A DNA stretch of 64,000 bases from contig NW_003314263.1 of the NCBI RefSeq assembly GCF_000143415.4, positions 1,056,165-1,120,164 of the forward strand, read 5' to 3'. Within the stretch, counting starts at the first letter, position 1; each line of letters starts with the position of its first letter. A program made the translations under genes and the position numbers. The notes under the pieces are model-generated. The model saw only the letters and a program-made list of their open reading frames with translations, was not told the origin of the DNA and did not search any database. Of this stretch, positions 48,577 to 60,801 are shown piece by piece. Source of the stretch: Selaginella moellendorffii (Eukaryota; Plantae; Lycopodiophyta).

Positions 48577-48900
48577 TCAGCACTGGAGATCGTGATTGGA
48601 GATGTTGCATCCAGTCATGAGATCGTTTGCAGGCGGGCAGTATCCACCGATATAGCAGGTGCGGCGATCCCTGCCTGGCTGCACGAATAACCCACACAAA
48701 CAATCAGGGGACTCCTGCTTGATCCTTGCAATTGTTGCACAGCACTTTTCCGATGATGGAATGCCATCCTTCGTGCAGCTGGCTGTTATCTGTTCTTCAC
48801 ACTGGGCTTGATTAAGAACGGCGGCAGTGGTGCTCGTGAAGAAGAAGAATACAGACGCGGTCATGAAGAACACAAGCTTATAAGTGATAGAAATTGCCAT
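48577..48900 (-). CDS. Secreted eight-cysteine-motif (nsLTP/prolamin-like) protein, atypical with 10 Cys
   Basis: Signal peptide, then C-x7-C-x10-CC-x12-CLC pattern plus four more Cys. Confidence 0.8.
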   Translation of the reverse strand: MAISITYKLVFFMTASVFFFFTSTTAAVLNQAQCEEQITASCTKDGIPSSEKCCATIARIKQESPDCLCGLFVQPGRDRRTCYIGGYCPPANDLMTGCNISNHDLQC

Positions 48901-49553
48901 CGTTGTGGTGAAGTGATTTGAGGCAAAAGCTGGATTGGAGTGCAGTAGTGAGGGGCCTTATTATATAGCTCAAGATTTGGATGAGCAAACAAGTCACTAG
49001 AAGATGAACTTCCATGGCAGTTTTCTGGGTGTTTGATTGTTCGTGTCAGGATCGATAATTCCTGACAAATGCGAATCTGCACGAGGCACTCAAAGACGAA
49101 GGCAGCGACAATTGTATTCTGGACAAAATCGGGCAGGGTGAGGCAATTTGAATGTTCAAAGACACAGATTTGACCCAGATTGAAGTTTTTCTTGGCCAAG
49201 ATTCGAATTAATTACTTTCTTACCCTTTGCGTTCCTGTTGAGACCAGATGATCACGTTCTCGACTTGAAAAATCTTTTTTTTTTTCTTTTTTACCTTGGG
49301 GATGGCAAAGTTTGATTGGCACCTAGCGACCGTGGCAGGGCCGGGATCGTCGTGGTCTTGGATCCTGGAAAGGAAAAAAAACATGTATCAATATTAGAAA
49401 GAGATATCACACCTTTGTTCTTGTTTACGTGCTTGTTGGTCACTGGAGATCTCGCTCAAAACTCAAGCAGGATTGAAACTATCACTTACCTTCCCAAAAA
49501 GCTGCACAAAAAGAACAAAAGAACTTAAGAAAATCTGTTGTTACCATTGATTG

Positions 49554-51725
49554 TCACCAAAACTCTCGGCAGGAGCAGCATCCATCCTCAAACAGATGGA
49601 ACCGAACCGCGTCTCTGCAGATGATAGCTCGCCGCTCGAGCTTGGAGATGATCGACGTGATTCGGTGGCAGTCTTCGCAAACGCGGAGGTTTTTTATGAT
49701 CCTGATCGCCGTCCCCGCTTGTGTGTTGATGAGAGCGCAGCAAATCGCTAGTCTCTCGCTGTGTCCGCACAGTGCCGACTCCTTCTCGTTGTCTGGAAGA
49801 GCTCGGACGACACAGTCGAGGTTGGGAGTGCAGCCCGCTTCTTCCTTGATTCTGGACTGGAGTTCTCCGAGCTTTGCGAGGATCTGCTCGCTTTGGTGGT
49901 GAGTAGTGTCCCCGACGACGAACCTGTGGACTTTTCCGGCACTGTCAATCCACCAGCTTTGTCCAAGCTTCTTCCAACACCGAGCTTCTTTCCTCATTGC
50001 CTCCACCCGAGCGAAATCCTCCCACAAACCAGCAGCAGCGTACGTGTTTGCCATGAGCAAATAGGCCGCATCGTCTTTATCGTCCAGCCTCAGTATCGAC
50101 TCAAACGCAAGGCGGCCAACACTTACATTCTTCCACTTCCTTGCAGCGCTTAGAACCGTCCTCCATGCCACCAAAGTTGGCTTGTAAGGCATGCTCTCGA
50201 GTGCTGATAGTGCTTGTTCCAGCTGATTCCCACGGCCGAGAAGATCTATCACGCAGATATAGTGCTCAAGGCTGGGAGAGATTGAATGAACCGTGTTCAT
50301 CGCTTCGAAGCATCTCTTTCCTTGATCCACAAGCCCGGCATGGCTGCAGACCGTGAGCACCGAGAGATAAGTGACTCCGTTTGGTTTCACGCGCTCCTTT
50401 TGCATTCTCTCGAATAGCTCAAACACTTGCTTAGAATCTCCTTGATGGCTATATCCAGCGATCAAAGCGGTCCATGAAACCATGTCCTTCTGCCCAATGG
50501 AATCAAACACCTGCTTAGCATCGTCCATGCTTCCACATTTTGCATAAAAGCTGACGAGAGAATTCGCCAAGAGCACATCTGTCTCCAGTAAGCTACCAGA
50601 AACTTGGGCATGAATCCTTCTCCCGGCTTCTAATGCAGCAATACTTCCACAAGCTCGCAATGCCGCCATGAAAAGCCGAGTGTCCGCTACAAAGCCTTCG
50701 TCTTCCATGCGCTTGAAGAGCTCAAGGGCGAGCTCTCCTTCATCGCTCTGAGAGTATCCATTGATGAGAGTGTCCCATGACACAAGGCTGTGGCTTGGCA
50801 TTCTCTCAAACACCCTGCGTGCTTCCACCATGCTCCCACACTTGCAATACATATCCAGCAGTGTATTCGCTACAAAAATTTCGGCCTCGTATCCTCTCAA
50901 AGAAAGCTTGGCGTGGAGAACTCTTCCTTTCTCTAAACTTGCAGTTTTTACCACCTTTCCCTTCACCATTTCTCCAACTTCTTTCTCTCCAATATCAATG
51001 CAAGCCTTAAGCGTCGCAATGAAAACCTGTGAGTCAGGATCGCAACCTTCCTCCTCCATGCGTGAGAACATCGCTAGAGCTGTCTCTCCCTGTCCATTAT
51101 ACGCATAACCAAGAATCAAAGCTCCCCAAGTCACCACATTTCGACAAACCATTCCCTCGAAAACAATTCTCGCATCTTCCACGCTCCCCAGCTTTGAGTA
51201 CATATCCACCAAGGAATTCGCAACATAGAGGTTGGATTCGTGACCATCTTTTCTCAGCTGATCATGAATCGATTTCCCCTTTTCTAGCCAGATCCCATTG
51301 CTCGTAGATTTGTCTTCTCGATCGTGGCAGTCATCCTTCACTGCCAAGCTCGAGCACGCGTTCAAAGCAGCGACAAAGAGCATGGAGTCCGGTTGACAAC
51401 TTCCCTCTTCCTGGATCCTCAGGAATAACTCCACAGCTAAACTCCCCTCTCCATTCTGGGAATAGCCCCCGATCAAAACGCTCCAAGAGACAAGGCTGTG
51501 ATGCGGCATTGTGTCGAAGATCCGGCGAGCATCCACCAGGCTGCCGCATCTAGCATACATCGCAATGAGAGTGTTGGCGACGAAGATGTGCCTGTCCTTC
51601 CCACACTGGATCAAGTCGCGATGTATCTTCATACCTGAATGGAGATCCTTGGAGCCGCGGCAGTTCTTGAGAGCAGCAAGAAACTCCGGGATGCTGGCCG
51701 CCGCGGCATTCTTGAGCGCCTTCAT
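49554..51725 (-). CDS. PLS-E-DYW-type PPR protein ending in EFW
   Basis: PLS repeats, LGQSWWI box, HSERLA...CEDCH, terminal CSCREFW. Confidence 0.95.
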   Translation of the reverse strand: MKALKNAAAASIPEFLAALKNCRGSKDLHSGMKIHRDLIQCGKDRHIFVANTLIAMYARCGSLVDARRIFDTMPHHSLVSWSVLIGGYSQNGEGSLAVELFLRIQEEGSCQPDSMLFVAALNACSSLAVKDDCHDREDKSTSNGIWLEKGKSIHDQLRKDGHESNLYVANSLVDMYSKLGSVEDARIVFEGMVCRNVVTWGALILGYAYNGQGETALAMFSRMEEEGCDPDSQVFIATLKACIDIGEKEVGEMVKGKVVKTASLEKGRVLHAKLSLRGYEAEIFVANTLLDMYCKCGSMVEARRVFERMPSHSLVSWDTLINGYSQSDEGELALELFKRMEDEGFVADTRLFMAALRACGSIAALEAGRRIHAQVSGSLLETDVLLANSLVSFYAKCGSMDDAKQVFDSIGQKDMVSWTALIAGYSHQGDSKQVFELFERMQKERVKPNGVTYLSVLTVCSHAGLVDQGKRCFEAMNTVHSISPSLEHYICVIDLLGRGNQLEQALSALESMPYKPTLVAWRTVLSAARKWKNVSVGRLAFESILRLDDKDDAAYLLMANTYAAAGLWEDFARVEAMRKEARCWKKLGQSWWIDSAGKVHRFVVGDTTHHQSEQILAKLGELQSRIKEEAGCTPNLDCVVRALPDNEKESALCGHSERLAICCALINTQAGTAIRIIKNLRVCEDCHRITSIISKLERRAIICRDAVRFHLFEDGCCSCREFW

Positions 51726-51874
51726 GAAAATGCGATGGAGGATTCATCGCCGCGGAGCCAGATCTCGCGTCGCCGCGCGCGCCAGGATCCATCATCGCAG
51801 CCGCATTGGCAAAATTTAGAACATAGGATAAACCCCAGGAACCCTAATTTTCCATGGGGCGGCTAGCGATCCAA

Positions 51875-53159
51875 ATGCTGGCGATTTCAAGGCGCCACGC
51901 AGGTAGTGTCTCGAGCGATTCCCTCGCAAGAATGCGGACAAGGTCCTCTTACTGGTGCTTTTGTTCTAGTGCCCAAAATCCAGAGTGCTTGGTTTGCTCA
52001 AGCTCCAGAGTTTGAGAGATGGGATAGAGGCGGGGGAAATGTGCACAGGCTTGCGCGGGTTGATCCATCGGTGGTGGTGGAAATCGGTGGAGTTGTACAC
52101 GCTGGTGCCACGATCGGTGAGTCTTCTCACGTTGGATCGGGATGTATTGTTGGACCGGATGTTTGCATTGGTTCTTCGGTGGTATTGAGGTATCGGAGTT
52201 CTTCCTTTATTCTCACCCTCTCTTTTGGCAACTTCGATGTCACAGGTATAACGTGGTGCTGCAAAACTGTTCGATTGGAGATTTTTGCACCCTCCATAGC
52301 GGTGTTTGCGTGGGACAAGATGGTATGTTTCTTTCCGAAAGCTTTCTCTTATGTGATTCGTGATTTCTTGCAAGGTTTTGGATTCACTTACGACTCAAAC
52401 AATAGCATTGTCAAGAAGCCCCAGGAAAGTTTCTATGCGTTCTTTCTTCTCTTATCTCATGATCCTTTTGTCTTTTTTTTCTTAGGAGTTGCGGGTAAAG
52501 ATTGGAAACAGTGTGGAAATCGGTGCCAATTCGTCCATCGACCGTGGGAGGTAACTAAAGATGTTACATGTTCTTCTTAAGTCTCGTTTGCTCTGGATGG
52601 ATCGTCAGCTGGCGTGACACAGTCATCGGGGATAACACGAAGCTTGACAACTTGGTCCAGGTTTGAGAAACGTTTTCTTTTCTTGAGCATCGCTTACTCT
52701 TGGCTTGTTTACATGTAGATTGGACACAATGTTGTGATAGGATGCAACTGTATGATTTGTGGACAAGTTGGAATTGCCGGATCTTGCACGTAAGTACGAA
52801 CAACCTTGTTGTTCTTGAGATCTTTCTCTTTTTTCTTCGCTGCAGACTAGGAGATAATGTAGTCTTGGGTGGCCAAGCAGGTGTTGCGGACCACATAGAA
52901 ATCGCTTCAAAGGTCCTGGTTCCTGACGTTGCCAATCTCTTCATCACTTTCTTTTCTCTAGGTCCGAATCGCAGCGAAAAGTGGAGTTACCTCAAACATT
53001 ACCGAGCCAGGAGACTATGCCGGTTTTCCAGCAGTATGGTTTCTTTTCCCAGTTTAGTTGCAAAAACACTTGTGCTTACTGAAGTCACAGGTGCCCGTGA
53101 AACAATGGCGGGAATCGGTGGTGGCTTCTCGAAGACTTTGTGACAAACATCCAAAGTGA
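51875..53159 (+). CDS. LpxD: UDP-3-O-acylglucosamine N-acyltransferase (plant lipid A pathway, multi-exon)
   Basis: Hexapeptide repeats; VGQDGFGF...VKKPQ|[47 protein letters not shown]...GQVGIAGS...GDYAGFPAVPVKQWR. Confidence 0.93.
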
Positions 53160-53305
53160 GTGCATGACGAGAGCTAGCGTGAAATCGCTCTCGAGCTCGG
53201 CAAATCCACTGCGTAAACTCGCTGGTAGCCGCAAAACCAAGGTTTTTTACTCATCAAGTTTTTCCTCAAGTGTATCTTTTCCTCGATATCGTTGTCCATG
53301 TCACG

Positions 53306-54650
53306 CTATTTGGCTGGAGTGGCATTCTCCTCGCTAACACGGCCAAGAACGTCGTTCATGCAGTAAGTGCTCGATGTGCAAACTTGGACCACATTCCATT
53401 CAAGAACTCCCTTCCTTGATCGAGAATCGTTGCGTGACTGCACGCCGAGAATATGTCCACAAGGGCTATGCTGTCCAGCTTCCTCTCGCATGCTCCGAAA
53501 CGCTTGGAACGCAGCGATGGCGTCTCCTCGAGCGCCATGTCCTGCGATCAAAGTATTCCTCGCCACTGTGTCGGGGGAAGCGATGGAATCTCGGGCAGGG
53601 GATGCATTTCCACCTGGAGCTCTCAAACAGGAGCTCGGCGTCCTCGACGCTCCCGCATTTACAGTAGAAGTCAAGCAGGAAAATCGCCACAGAGACGTGA
53701 AAACACTCTTCTAGTCTCTGCCAGAGAATCTGTCCGTGGAAGAGCTTCCCGAGCTTCAAATCTCCCACGTTCCCGCAAGCTTGCAACAACGCAAGAGAGT
53801 TTGGAGCAACTTCCATGGCCGCATAACTTTCCAACCCAAGCTCGTCCTCGCCGTTATAAACACATCCAAACAGGCAAGAGTTCCACGAGACTACGTCGCG
53901 ATCTAAGATCTTATCGAACACCTGGTGAGCGTCCACGATCAAGCTTCCACTCTTGGCATACATATCAACCAAACTGCTAGCAAGCGACGGATCCTTCTCC
54001 AGGCAGATCCAATTGCTTTCTCAAGAGATTCTACGTCTAAATCTCTTGCCTCGGCTAGAACGCTGCAGGCTAGACAAGCTAAACGATCGGGTTTAAGTCC
54101 TTGTCAAAGCAAAGCTCTTCTCCACCTTGGCTCTCGTGAGCGGCCAAACTAGAGCAAGCTAAGCCACGAGAAAACTCGAGCAATCCGGATTGATAATGGT
54201 AGCTTCCATCTGCCAGAAGAGCTCCAGAGCCAAATCTTCCTGCCGGTTTTGAGCGTATCCCAGAACCAACACCGTCCAGGAAACCATCAAAAACTCACCG
54301 AGAGTCTCTCATGCTTCAACACTTGGCGTAGGCATCTACGAGACAAGTTGCCAAACGAGTGTACCGCGAGAGCATGCTATCCGAGCTCTTGGCAGCTCGA
54401 GCGTGGATCGCCATGGTTCTCTCCAGCAACTTCATCTTCCCCACGAAGAACTTCCCATTTTCGATCCCTGCTCGTTCTCTCATGCAAGACTTGAGAAGGG
54501 CCGGGAGAGTGGGGCAGCATTGGATCGCAGCCACTTCTTTTCCAAAAAATCCAGTGGCATCTCCGGAGCTCCATTCTGAACGTAGCCACGAAGCCACATT
54601 TCGCGTACATGGCCACGAGAGCGCTGGCGATGTAGATGTTGGCCTCTCCA
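53306..54650 (-). pseudogene. Frameshifted PLS-class PPR pseudogene
   Basis: MYAKCG, LVDAYAKC, VDMYAKSGSL, LDFYCKCGSVEDA, ACSHA fragments scattered across frames. Confidence 0.85.
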
Positions 54651-54695
54651 AAATTGTGCTAAATCCTTTGCTCTAGCGGGTACCTTTAGCGCCAG

Positions 54696-55198
54696 TGTAG
54701 GGATCGCCTAAATGTTATTACTTAAACATGATACCTTTAAAAATAAAATATACCCAGAACCTAGAGAATTTAAACTTAGGCAAGGGATGGAGTACTTTGA
54801 TCAAAACACCTTCTTGGGTGAGAAACTCCCAGTGCTGGTAAGGAAATAGAGAAATCTATGGGGGATGGAGGGCAAACGATGGTATAAAAGGGGCTCGTCC
54901 ACTTTGAGGAGATTAGAGCCCAATCTATATGGGGAGGTGTACTACCTTGTTTTTGAGTTGTGCAATTGCAATTTTCATGACCGGATCAAGCATAAAGGGC
55001 AAAGAGTCTAGCCCTGGGTTCTCTACTCCTGTGATTTGGGAAGTTCTATGTCTCGAAGGTGTCTGGCTGGATCAGACTCATGAGCAAAAAGAAGAGCTCC
55101 GTATACTTCATAGCGAATGTGACGAACTGCCACAGGGCGTGACCTAGGATGCCACGTGGTGCTGACGTGGAGAGAGCGAGAACTCAACAGCAGCTACA
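54696..55198. mobile_element. LTR-like segment (503 bp)
   Basis: Bounded by TGTAG...CTACA; internal tataaaag; PBS-like TGGCGC one base outside the left end on the minus strand; no TSD; abuts the edge of the inverted duplication. Confidence 0.5.
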
Positions 55199-55589
55199 GG
55201 GAGGAGTCTCGAAAGGCCCGGAGCTGTCCTCAGCAGGAGCATCTAGCATGGTGGAATATGCACTTGCTAACAGGTACGTATGGCCGCCTTAGAAGGAATG
55301 GGAAGGGACTCTAGTGCATGATGGCTCAAAACAGCGAACCCTAAACCGTATTGAAGGTGGTCGGAAGTGTTCGTGATATCTTTGACCATTAGACGACTAA
55401 TATCAAAGTAATATTTCTCATTTTTTAATTATTGTTTAATGTTCATTACTTGCAACTGATTCCCGGATTAGATGCCGCCTCATGCAACAGCCAAGGCAAA
55501 GTTAAGAAATAAAAAATCTACTGTTTTTATTGGTGGATATTCTATAAATATTGTTTGATTTGTGTAAATCTTATTCTAGCAGGAAATAT

Positions 55590-56026
55590 TTAAAAAGCTT
55601 GAATATAATAGTGTTCAACTTGGCCATTGTAGTTCCAATCCCAGCGGCCACCATTCTTACCTTGGCCCTGGACACACTGGTTAATAATATTGTTGAAAGC
55701 TTCCTGAATATTTGAAACAGAAATAAACATAACATATAAATATAAATCATTTAAAGAAATATATTTTAAAAAAACATTACCACACAATGCTGTCTGCTAT
55801 TGCCATCAAAATGTGCTTGGATTTGCTTTCTGAACTGGCTGTTAGGATAGTTACCTAAGTCAAGAGTGTAATCAAATTGCCCCTCATAACAAATTTTCCG
55901 AGCAGCTTGCTGATATTGGTAATTAGTATAGCCAGGATTAGGATTTCCAAAACAATCAGCCCCATTCACTATCACAACTCCCACACAAACAAGAAGAATT
56001 AAAATGAAGAACACTTTACAATCCAT
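55590..56026 (-). CDS. Small secreted Cys protein, copy 2 (exons 56026-55781, 55703-55590)
   Basis: 119 aa; differs from copy 1 at three residues (V/I, L/F, S/A); intron position conserved. Confidence 0.85.
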
Positions 56027-56283
56027 TTTGTGGAAATTATGAGTATATAACCTACCATTGTGGATCCAATATATGTACATGCATGGAGTATACAAATCAA
56101 ATGTGTCACGGCACCGTTCTTAATGAGATTTAATTTTATAAACAAAGAAGAATGCAATGCCAATGAGAACTCAAAAGCTGGGATTGGATTGATACAAATT
56201 TTAGTCTATAGTTTTAGGTCGACCTAAAATATCTTGAATTTACAAACGAATAAAAGGGTTAGGAGCGATATATAATTGTTAAT

Positions 56284-56355
56284 GGCATTTGGTCTAGGGG
56301 TATGATTCTCGCTTAGGTGCGAGAGGCCCCAAGTTCGCTGATTCTCGGAATGCCC
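56284..56355 (+). pseudogene. tRNA-Pro pseudogene
   Basis: Copy of 40353-40424 missing one G in the anticodon loop (cttaggtgcg) and carrying a T-loop insertion (gttcgctgattc). Confidence 0.82.
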
Positions 56356-56459
56356 CCCCCAATGAAAAGTAGCGATGAGGAGGAACTTTTCTACGCATTA
56401 CAATTAGTTTGCTTCTTGTCTCACGTTCCTGTGCAAGTTTCTTACTTCACTCAAAAAGC

Positions 56460-58461
56460 AACGAGGTAAATGGTAAACTGAGGAATCTGGTGGAATCTGG
56501 TGCGGATCTTGTTGGCCTGGCACGAAAGGACTGGTCGATGTTTCTCTACGCCTCCTGAAACGGTCGTCTGACCTAAGCCAAGATGGTGTTTGACGCGATG
56601 CCCGAGAGAGATCTGGAACGCAATGGTTTCTGCATATGCCCACATAGGGCATTTACAGGAGGCGGAAGGTCTCTTTTTCCAAATGCCTACGAACAGCGGT
56701 TTTTTATTAGACAAGCACAAAATTTGTTTGATAGAATGATGAGGGATGGTGCCTTTTGGAGCGCCATCGTTTCAGCACTTGCCCAAAACAGGCGTCATGA
56801 AGACGCGCAAGTTCTACGTGATCATATGCTTGTCTCGTTCTCACGGCCATAAATCCTTTAGTAACAGAGGGTAATCTCAGGGGATTTTCTTACAAGATAC
56901 CGATGCGACGCCTGCAATGCTCTTGGCATATGCTCAAGCCGGGGTTCTTCAAGATGCCGTACTTGTGTTTGAGAATATATGATGCCCGGCGGGAAAGTAC
57001 GGACAAGATTCCTCGAATCTAAGTAAAGGAAAACACGTGTCGTGCCTCTAAGACGTCCGTTTTGAGCTAGGACCTTCTTCTTGACAGCACATGCCCAGAA
57101 CTGGTATTTTATCGAGGTGAAGCACACATTTCCATGCTTTCGAGAAATTCAGTAACGTGGCGGTTCTATCACAAACTGGTTTGGATCAAGAAAAGAAACT
57201 CCTTTACCTGTCGAGATCTTCGCAGGCATGGCGGTGGAAAGCGTCGAGTCAGACGAAGGGAGCTATGTTGGATTCACGCCGGAAAAACTTACGCTGGTCG
57301 ATCGAGCTTCGTCTCCATGAGCTTCGATTTTGGAATGGAGCCGAGAAAGAAGCGCTACTGCCGCATGGTGAATCTCCACTGGTAGATTGAAAGAATCGCA
57401 GAGAAAAACGATGGATCGCCCGCTCGCATTTCGTTTCGTGGCTCTTGTGGATCGAGCCAAGACTCCCAGTGCCATCTCAAGCGCTCTTGCCTGCCCTTGC
57501 TTCGGAGATCTTCCAAGCGAGGGAAGCGAAATGCGTGGGCCGGAAGCTCCCCGCTCGTCTCACATTGATGGGGCGGATACGAAGATCACGACGCAAGATG
57601 GTGGTGTTCATGCTGCTTCTCTCACGAGTAGAGGTAGAGAAGAAGGAGATGCAAAGATTGCCACAGCAACAAGCCTGAGCGGCGCCACCAACATGCTCGA
57701 ACAGATGCGGCAGATCTGGTTGTCAGGTTCGATCATGGGCCTCATCGATACCAGTGTTATCGGGACCAGCAGCTCCTTGGAGCTTGCAGCTCTTGGCTTT
57801 TTCTTTGTGGATTCCTCCTCTTTTTTTCTGTTGTTTTTCCTTGCGATGGTTTATCGTTCTTGTCTGTGGCGACTTCCAACTTGAACGCAACATCTCTTGG
57901 TCACAAGGTTTGCTTGTTGAGAGTTTGACCTTTTGATGATATGCTCGTTTTTTTCCTTCTTTTGTTTTTCAGGACAGAGCTGCTGCTGCAAACCACTTGG
58001 CGAGCCTTTTGTCGTCGCCCTTGCTTGTGGTGTCGCCATGCTCGTCATAACCGAGCTTTCTTCCGCATCTGTGCTTCGATATACAGCTTCGGTTTGGTTT
58101 CCCTGCTGCGATCTCATCAGTCATTTCGTTTTTTTCATTCGCTTGTTCTTTTCTGCAGTATTTGTTGGAGAGAAGAATTTGGCACTCGTTCCTGCAGCTG
58201 CGAGGTACGTAAGTTTTCGCGAGTGTATTATTCTTTTGCTCAACTATGTGTCTTGTGGTTCTTTAGATTGGAAATGGTTGCGCAGAGTGCAAGGTTGGTT
58301 TATCAGTGATCCTTCGGCTACAAGTAGATTTTGTTTCTTCTCTTCGATCTTGTTTTTTGTCCAGTTTAGAGTCCGTTGAGAGCACTGCTGGTTGCAAGCG
58401 TCGTGAATGGCGCTGGAGATGTTTTGCTGTGTACATTTCTTGGGTATGGAATCGCTAGTGC
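56460..58461 (+). pseudogene. PPR remnant (56460-57380) fused to the 5' half of a MATE pseudogene (57381-58461)
   Basis: Same junction ...MVNLH|W*IERIAEK as at ~39510 and ~35210. Confidence 0.87.
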
Positions 58462-59582
58462 CTTCTTTAAAAGCCAAACGTGACTCTCTTCCCTTGGCTC
58501 AGCAAATCCATCCGGCTGCTGCATATAAATCTCCTCTTCCAGTTCTCCATAGAGGAAAGCAGTAGTGACATCCAGGTGCTCGATATCATAGTCACCAGCC
58601 GCAGCAAAATGGATCAAAGCACGAAGAGGACCGCGGGCTTAAAAGTCTCGTGGAAATCGATTCGGAAGAAATGCATAATCCAGCAGCCCCCTCTCTTGAA
58701 TTCTAGGAACTTGAGTGCAGCCCTTCGCAACCAGTCTGGCCTTGAAACGAGTGGTGCCATCAGGATTTCCCTTCAAAGCAAACACCCACATTCTCTTCAC
58801 AAGTTTCCTCCCAGCAGGAATGGAAGAAACCAGCACGTGAGTGCCATTCTTCCTCTGCGAGTGCATCTCGTCCCCCATCGCTGCAAGCCAGAATTTGGCT
58901 TCTGGAGAATCCAAGGCTTGTGTATAAGTTTTGGGCAACCACTGGAATTTCACCAGCAGTAGAAGCAACCATCGTCTCAATGAGGCGAGACAGTTTCTTG
59001 CGCTGGCGGTCAGAGCGGCGGAGTGCATTAGGGTCAACCCTGGATCCCTATGTGCGTTGGTCCATCATAGGAATGGGAGCAGTCACAGAGCCTACTAGAA
59101 GCTCCTCAGGAGGATCTCCCACTTGTTGAAGAGTCTCCCACATCGTTTGGACCAGGTAAGCTGTGAGACGAGCTGAGCAGGGGCTCCTCGTTGAAGTTCA
59201 CATCCCTGCCGATGATCTCTGTGCGTGTAGCAGGATTCCAGAGACACCAGGCAGCATGATCCAAGCCGTAGCCCAAGAATTTACACTCAATGCTTTTTGC
59301 ATCAAGCTTTCCTCACAGCTTCACAGCCAAAAATACGCAAGTGTGCCACTGAGGGATTTCTGCCAGTCCAGGCCTCCTCAGGAGTTCTTTCATCCACAGT
59401 GGTTGTAAGTAATCAATTTTGGACGTAGTTAGCAAGGTTAATAGCGTCAACCCAAAAGGAATTGGGAAGGCCACTAACCTGTAGCATTGCACGTGCACTT
59501 TCCATCAAGGTGCCATTTTTCCTCTCAGCACAACCGTTTTGCTGAGGAGAATATGCAGCTGTGAATTCACGAAGAATGCCAC
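58462..59582 (-). mobile_element. Ty1/Copia pol fragment (integrase core to RT N-terminus), degenerate
   Basis: TAAYSPQQNGCAERKNGTLMESARAML (integrase); PKTYTQAL...RFKARLVAKG; HLDVTTAFLYGELEEEIYMQQPDGF (RT). Confidence 0.93.
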
Positions 59583-60801
59583 TAGAAAAAAAAAAACAAT
59601 TACAGATAATAAATTTATATAAAAAACCTGAAACAAATATACAAATATTCATAACAAAAATATATACAGAAAATAGATAATATAAAACCAATAATAATTA
59701 CAGGAGATTTCAATATTAACTATCAAAAAGAAGAAGCAAAACCACTTCAAATAATACTGGAGAAAGAAGGATACATACAAATAATAAAAGACAATATGGA
59801 TAAAAGATATAATATATACAAAAGCAGGAATAGCACCTGTATATTGGACAAATTATATATCATAATAAAAAATATTTAAAAAAAAAAAACCAAACATTGC
59901 TGCAATGTAATGTGTAGCAATTTTATTACCAATTTAGCTTGTTTTTTTATTAATCCTTTTTTATGTAATGATTGTCACGTTATATGTGCCATTATTTTAT
60001 TAGTTTGGTCTAATAGGTTCTAGGCACTAGGGAGAAATTTTTAAGAGGGACACCAAGTTTCTCCCTTCCCCCAATTTCAGTGTTATGTCACCAATGGGGT
60101 GCATAAAACAAGAGAGAGAGAGAGAGAGCCACAGGGAAGCAAAAGTGAAGTAACCACCCCTCCATGCAAGCATAGCTAGCAGTGTTTCAATAACTTTAGT
60201 TTAAAAAATTAATGATTTCTAATTGCACATTTGGATTTGTTTGAACTTTGGTGTCATAAGTAGTGTAATGTGTTATATTGTTCCCACTTTAGTTTAAATG
60301 GCTTAGTGAAGGAGGATGTTTTAACTTTGCTTTATACTTGCCTGGGTTTTGAACAATGGGATTGTGCAGAAAGCACTACTTTGTCTACTTTCTGAACAAG
60401 AAGTGATGTTAAAAAGGACTAATCACCTTACTATTGTTACCTGTGCCCATGGGCATATGCAAACATGTACAGAGAGGCATTAATTTAGGTCTATGTTGTG
60501 GAAGTTGAGCAGGAGGTGGGGAATAGAAGAGAAATATGAGTGGAATTTAAAACAAGTAGCAATACAACAAAAAAAGATTGTCTTTAACCTAAAAAACTAA
60601 AGGTAAAAGAAGTTTATTTACAAATAATTATGCTTTCAATTGGTTTAATCTTATATTATTAGATTGCTCAATCATAAAAATTGATTTATTCTCTTCCATT
60701 ACTAGTAAAAACTTTTACTAGATTACACTAATATATTCCTCAAAAACACTATTTATAAGTATTTATAAAATACCAATTTTTTTAAATATTAGAGATTTAG
60801 T

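Larger units (their letters stand above)
55199..58461. repeat. Right arm of the inverted segmental duplication (left arm ~38428-41775)
   Basis: Reverse-complement match; truncated at 58461 by a Copia fragment. Confidence 0.92.

Noticed and set aside
59580-59600. CACTAGAAAAA as a CACTA transposon terminus
   Set aside because: CACT can be explained as Copia integrase codons; no matching opposite terminus or 3-bp TSD found
60110-60128. (GA)n microsatellite; also (TG)n(TA)n near 29697-29718
   Set aside because: Ordinary short tandem repeats
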